Part shown: in pieces, positions 60,221 to 64,000 of the stretch
Numbering within the stretch: position 1 is the first letter of the stretch
Layout: each line of letters begins with the position of its first letter
Origin: Botryllus schlosseri
Taxonomy: Eukaryota
Assembly (NCBI GenBank): GCA_051294905.1
Contig: CM119378.1
Location: forward strand, 21,080,001-21,144,000
Reading direction: 5' to 3'
DNA: 64,000 bases
Notes under the pieces: generated by a model
Database searches by the model: none
Seen by the model: the letters and a program-made list of their open reading frames with translations, nothing else
Told to the model about the DNA's origin: nothing
Made by a program: the position numbers and the translations under genes

Positions 60221-63200
60221 ACCAGATAAGCCCAGATTATGATATACGCTGTATAAATTATATTGCTCTGCAATACGCAGCAGGCCGGCGTCTGGCGCTG
60301 GAATACGCGAAGGTATGAAGCTCGCGTAGCCCGTGAATAATCGGAATTGTCGAAACTTTTTTGTGTATACGATGGGTCAAGTCAGGTGAGACTAGGCATA
60401 CAAACCACTAGAATGCTGCGTGGGTGAACTGTGAGAAAGCGAAGGCGGATTCCTGCGAGTGCAGACGATATCGGACTGCGACATGATTGTTCGGTAGACC
60501 GTGGAGGTTGCAGAGCTAGAACACTCATATCAAAGGAATATCATACTCTAAAATCTCAATCAAACCGTCCTTAAATTTTCTATAAATACTGTGGTCCGTA
60601 TATAAAGACGAAACAACCACAAAATGAAAATGGCTTTTATTCAATCAGCAACATATCATGCTCATTTTAAATTATAACGACATTCTTACTTACACAGGGG
60701 CGCAGGGTGTACAACATGCGTCTTGATCAGCAAATGATGATCCTGCGTAGCATATAGCAAACGCAAGACGTTAATGCAATCGAGGAAAGTTGCCGTAAGG
60801 GCGAAATTGCCAATAGCAATCAGGCATTAGCTTCTATACAATTGCAACGGGATAAACCACGCTTTTCGCCGTTGACGCAGCACGTCGCGCTCTTGTGTAG
60901 TGCTATATACGAAGAATGTTTGACAAATCAAAACCGTGACACTTATAAAGTTGGATTCTTGATATTCACTAAAATTGGCGTATGAATGAGCTCCTACGAC
61001 AGTTAACTTCTCCGTAGTTGTCATCATAAACGCGACCAGTGTTTCTTTACCATGAAGATTTGAGGAGGGCGTTGATAGAATATTGAGGAGGGCAGAGGAG
61101 TTACTAACAGTGATGTGATGTTACGGACAAATTGCGACGGAGTGAAACATACCTGAACATACCTGGGGCACCATTCGTCCCATGAATATGGCCTGAACTC
61201 TAAACGAAATTCGTGTAATCTAGCAATTTCCATCCTGCCGTGTAGTGTAAATAACATAATCCGCACGTTCCGGATACAAAATCTGCATTAACGCCACATT
61301 GTACCAGTAGGTGTTAGGGACAAATACACCGTGGGCATTTCATATAGGGAGATATCCAAGGGGCGTAGGGGCGTCTGCTCTGTGTACCACCCCAACGTGC
61401 AAAAGTATCCCAGGGATATATCTCCACATGCAATGGTCCATTTGGCTCATTTACACTGATGGGATGGTTGTAAAGGTCCGGTTACGTATCGGAGAGCACC
61501 ACTGTTATAATTTACACTCAACAGCATGGACCAAATTGGTAAATACACTAATTTCCCACCCATTTATTTACAGTGTGCTAGCCAGGCAGGACATTAGGAC
61601 AAAGTCCATAGTGACTGTTTCGAAAACACTGACTTGGAACCCTAGACACAATGATTGATCCTTATCTCAAACCACCGTGCAGTGCCCAATATAAGTTTGC
61701 AAGTTACACGCGAAAACCCGCAAGTACACTTGATCGATTACATGACGCAGCAAGGTGTTATAACGATTAGGGGAGCGGGTGAAGTTTGACATAATTTTGT
61801 ACACAAACGATATTAGATATTAGAGGCTTCACCTGTCAGGCACCAAGTGCGTCAGCAACGATAATAGACTACAACCAATCTAACCGATGGAAGCAGACAA
61901 TTACATAAAAAATTCATACCCCACGCACTGACGGCAAAACCGATCAAATACACACGTAGAGTGTAGCGAGATCGCGCATAACATCAAGCGATATCGCCGA
62001 AACACCACTTCGCACCTCGCTGATGTGTTCTACATATCTTGAAGCGCATTTCAAGCCGCAAGCGCGAAGCAATTATGTTGTCGGTTGTCGTATGTAGTCG
62101 CGATTAATAAGGTGCGGATAAGCAAAGCCATCGCCGCTCATGTGACGTCGTACGCAGATGGTTAAAGGTTGGTCAGCGCCGCAGGGCGTCACTACACCTG
62201 CAACTTGGCGTAGTGTTCGTCATGATCACATTTCCCGTTGCTTTTGTGAATGAATATGATATAATCAAAGGAAGGGAAAGTAGTCAACGTTTGTGCTGAT
62301 GTAGAAGTGGAATTACTGGCGAAATTAGCACTCATATACAAGTAGGAGTAGATATTTCCGAGGCGTGTCAAAACTGATCCCATTGGATGTAGAAAATTTG
62401 CTTTTAGCAGTTCGTCGGCTGGCTATACTTCGGAAATTCCAATATTTATCTTCGTTACTAACGCAAAACGAGTAAAACTGATGGAAATCTTCGAACATAC
62501 AGTTATCGTTATATCGGGGCTATTACGCGCGGTTCGTGTGACAAATTCTCTCATAAAAGAGAAGCAAACCTATCGGAAACCTACTTTCTTCCGTTCAAAA
62601 TCGGATTTGCGAAAAGTAAGTAATTTTCCACCAAAATGTTGCAGTAGAAGCGAAAGTAATCTCAAAACATAACCACTTGCGGAACTTGTGCAGATACGTA
62701 AAAGACACTTGAGAATTCATAGTGGAAGTACTTTGTTACTGACCAATGACCATACCACTCCATCCTGGCGATATATCACCAAAACATACATATCATTTGA
62801 CTCGTTTTCACCCATTGGAATTTGGTTCCAGAAAGTGACGCAAGCCTGATTCATACCCGATTCACACCCGATACGCCAAAGTTTAGATCAAGTACACAAT
62901 TTTGGTTTACAGTGGATCGACATTCGACAATTACACTTAAAGTTCTGGAAGGAAGGGTGGCGAAAGATATGGAACTTCCAATGTCTCCAGGCTGTCTCAG
63001 ACTACCATTGAATTTCGATCGGATCGGAAATCGGATCGGAAATTGACTCGGTAATATTTGCAAACTGTGCCGACGTAGCACTCGTGCCGTACTATATCAC
63101 CTCCGGCTATTTAAGTAAGCCAGTGAGTTCATTTACACCGTATGTACCTAATGTGTGGAAATACCATGGGAAATATAAAATTCCACGATTTGTGGTGGTA

Positions 63201-63241
63201 TCAATTACGCTGCATTTGTATACAGTCGTAATCGGTCAAGA

Positions 63242-63310
63242 CAGTGGTTCCCAACCTTTTCATCTCGTGCCCCCCTTGGCAGAAATTTGAGTCAAAATTC
63301 CCCCTTATGA
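63242..63310. mobile_element. Left end of a Buster-like MITE
   Basis: Seen: CAGTGGTTCCCAACCTTTT; matching right end not found in the window. Confidence 0.55.
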
Positions 63311-63645
63311 GAAATCTGCCCGATGATCAAAAAAGATCATTTCTACCGCGCCAACTCCTGTTGACTTAAGAATAAGACAAGCAGTACTGACTGTTTGTTT
63401 CTAACAGGGGTGTAACAACACTTTGTAGACCTCCAAAAACAATGGTCTTGGCCCCATTCAAACAAATTGTGGAAGGCTTGACTCAACAGACCGCCACAAG
63501 TCCATTTGTGGTTTCGGCTTAGCATGCACCAATCGCTAATATAACTGCCCTGGAAAATCAGTATGCATAAATTTACTGGTCTCGCGATGTTTCTCTCAAG
63601 TCTGCGTATGCATTTGGCCAATAATATTGATACTTTCATATATAG

Positions 63646-64000
63646 CAGGGTTGCCCAGACTCGAGTCCGACTCGGTCCCCATTTTCTGATGACTCGACGC
63701 GAGTCATTTTCTCAAAATACGAAAACGCCTCGACTAGACTCGAGACAATCTGTGTATTGACTCGACTTGGACTCGAGTCATTGTGCATGACTCGAACCAA
63801 GCCATATGACTCGAGACTATAAGACAGTAAAGTGATTGATACCGTATTGGAATTTCGTCTATTGGTTCTGGTACTTGAAAATGCGTCAAGAAACTGGTCA
63901 AAGTGAGGAAAATTAGTATAGTATAAATCCAAATCATTCAATATCACCAAACAGAATTATAACAAGTGGGTTTAACAAGATTTCGACTGGAAACTGAGCA
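63646..64000. mobile_element. End of a GACTCGAGTC-repeat hAT element running off the window
   Basis: Seen: CAGGGTTGCC terminus followed by GACTCGAGTC/GACTCGAC arrays like those of 15857-18345. Confidence 0.75.

Overview
Eukaryotic (spliced, about 40% GC) genomic window from an invertebrate; short GT-AG introns and an IGSF9-type gene with vertebrate-like tail motifs suggest a tunicate or similar chordate (inference). One host gene dominates: a minus-strand turtle/IGSF9-family Ig-FN3 adhesion receptor. I traced 23 phase-consistent coding exons by hand (58549 to 24132, about 1480 aa; 4 Ig, 2 FN3, TM, long tail); the family's first Ig domain was not found. The rest is dense transposon debris. It includes an internally deleted pogo/Tigger, a P-element with perfect 59-bp TIRs and a 7-bp TSD, a 594-bp foldback inserted in a THAP coding remnant, a Chapaev3-like remnant, many hAT MITEs with intact 8-bp TSDs (one three-level nest), and two copies of a tRNA-derived SINE. 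The most unusual object is a young 3.5-kb Ty3/Gypsy-type LTR element (11216-14735). Its LTRs are identical over their shared 192 bp. It has an intact Gag, a textbook -1 frameshift signal and an intact protease ORF, but a stop-free basic tail of about 300 aa stands where RT/RNase H/integrase should be. All coordinates, alignments and family assignments were made by eye, with no database searches.
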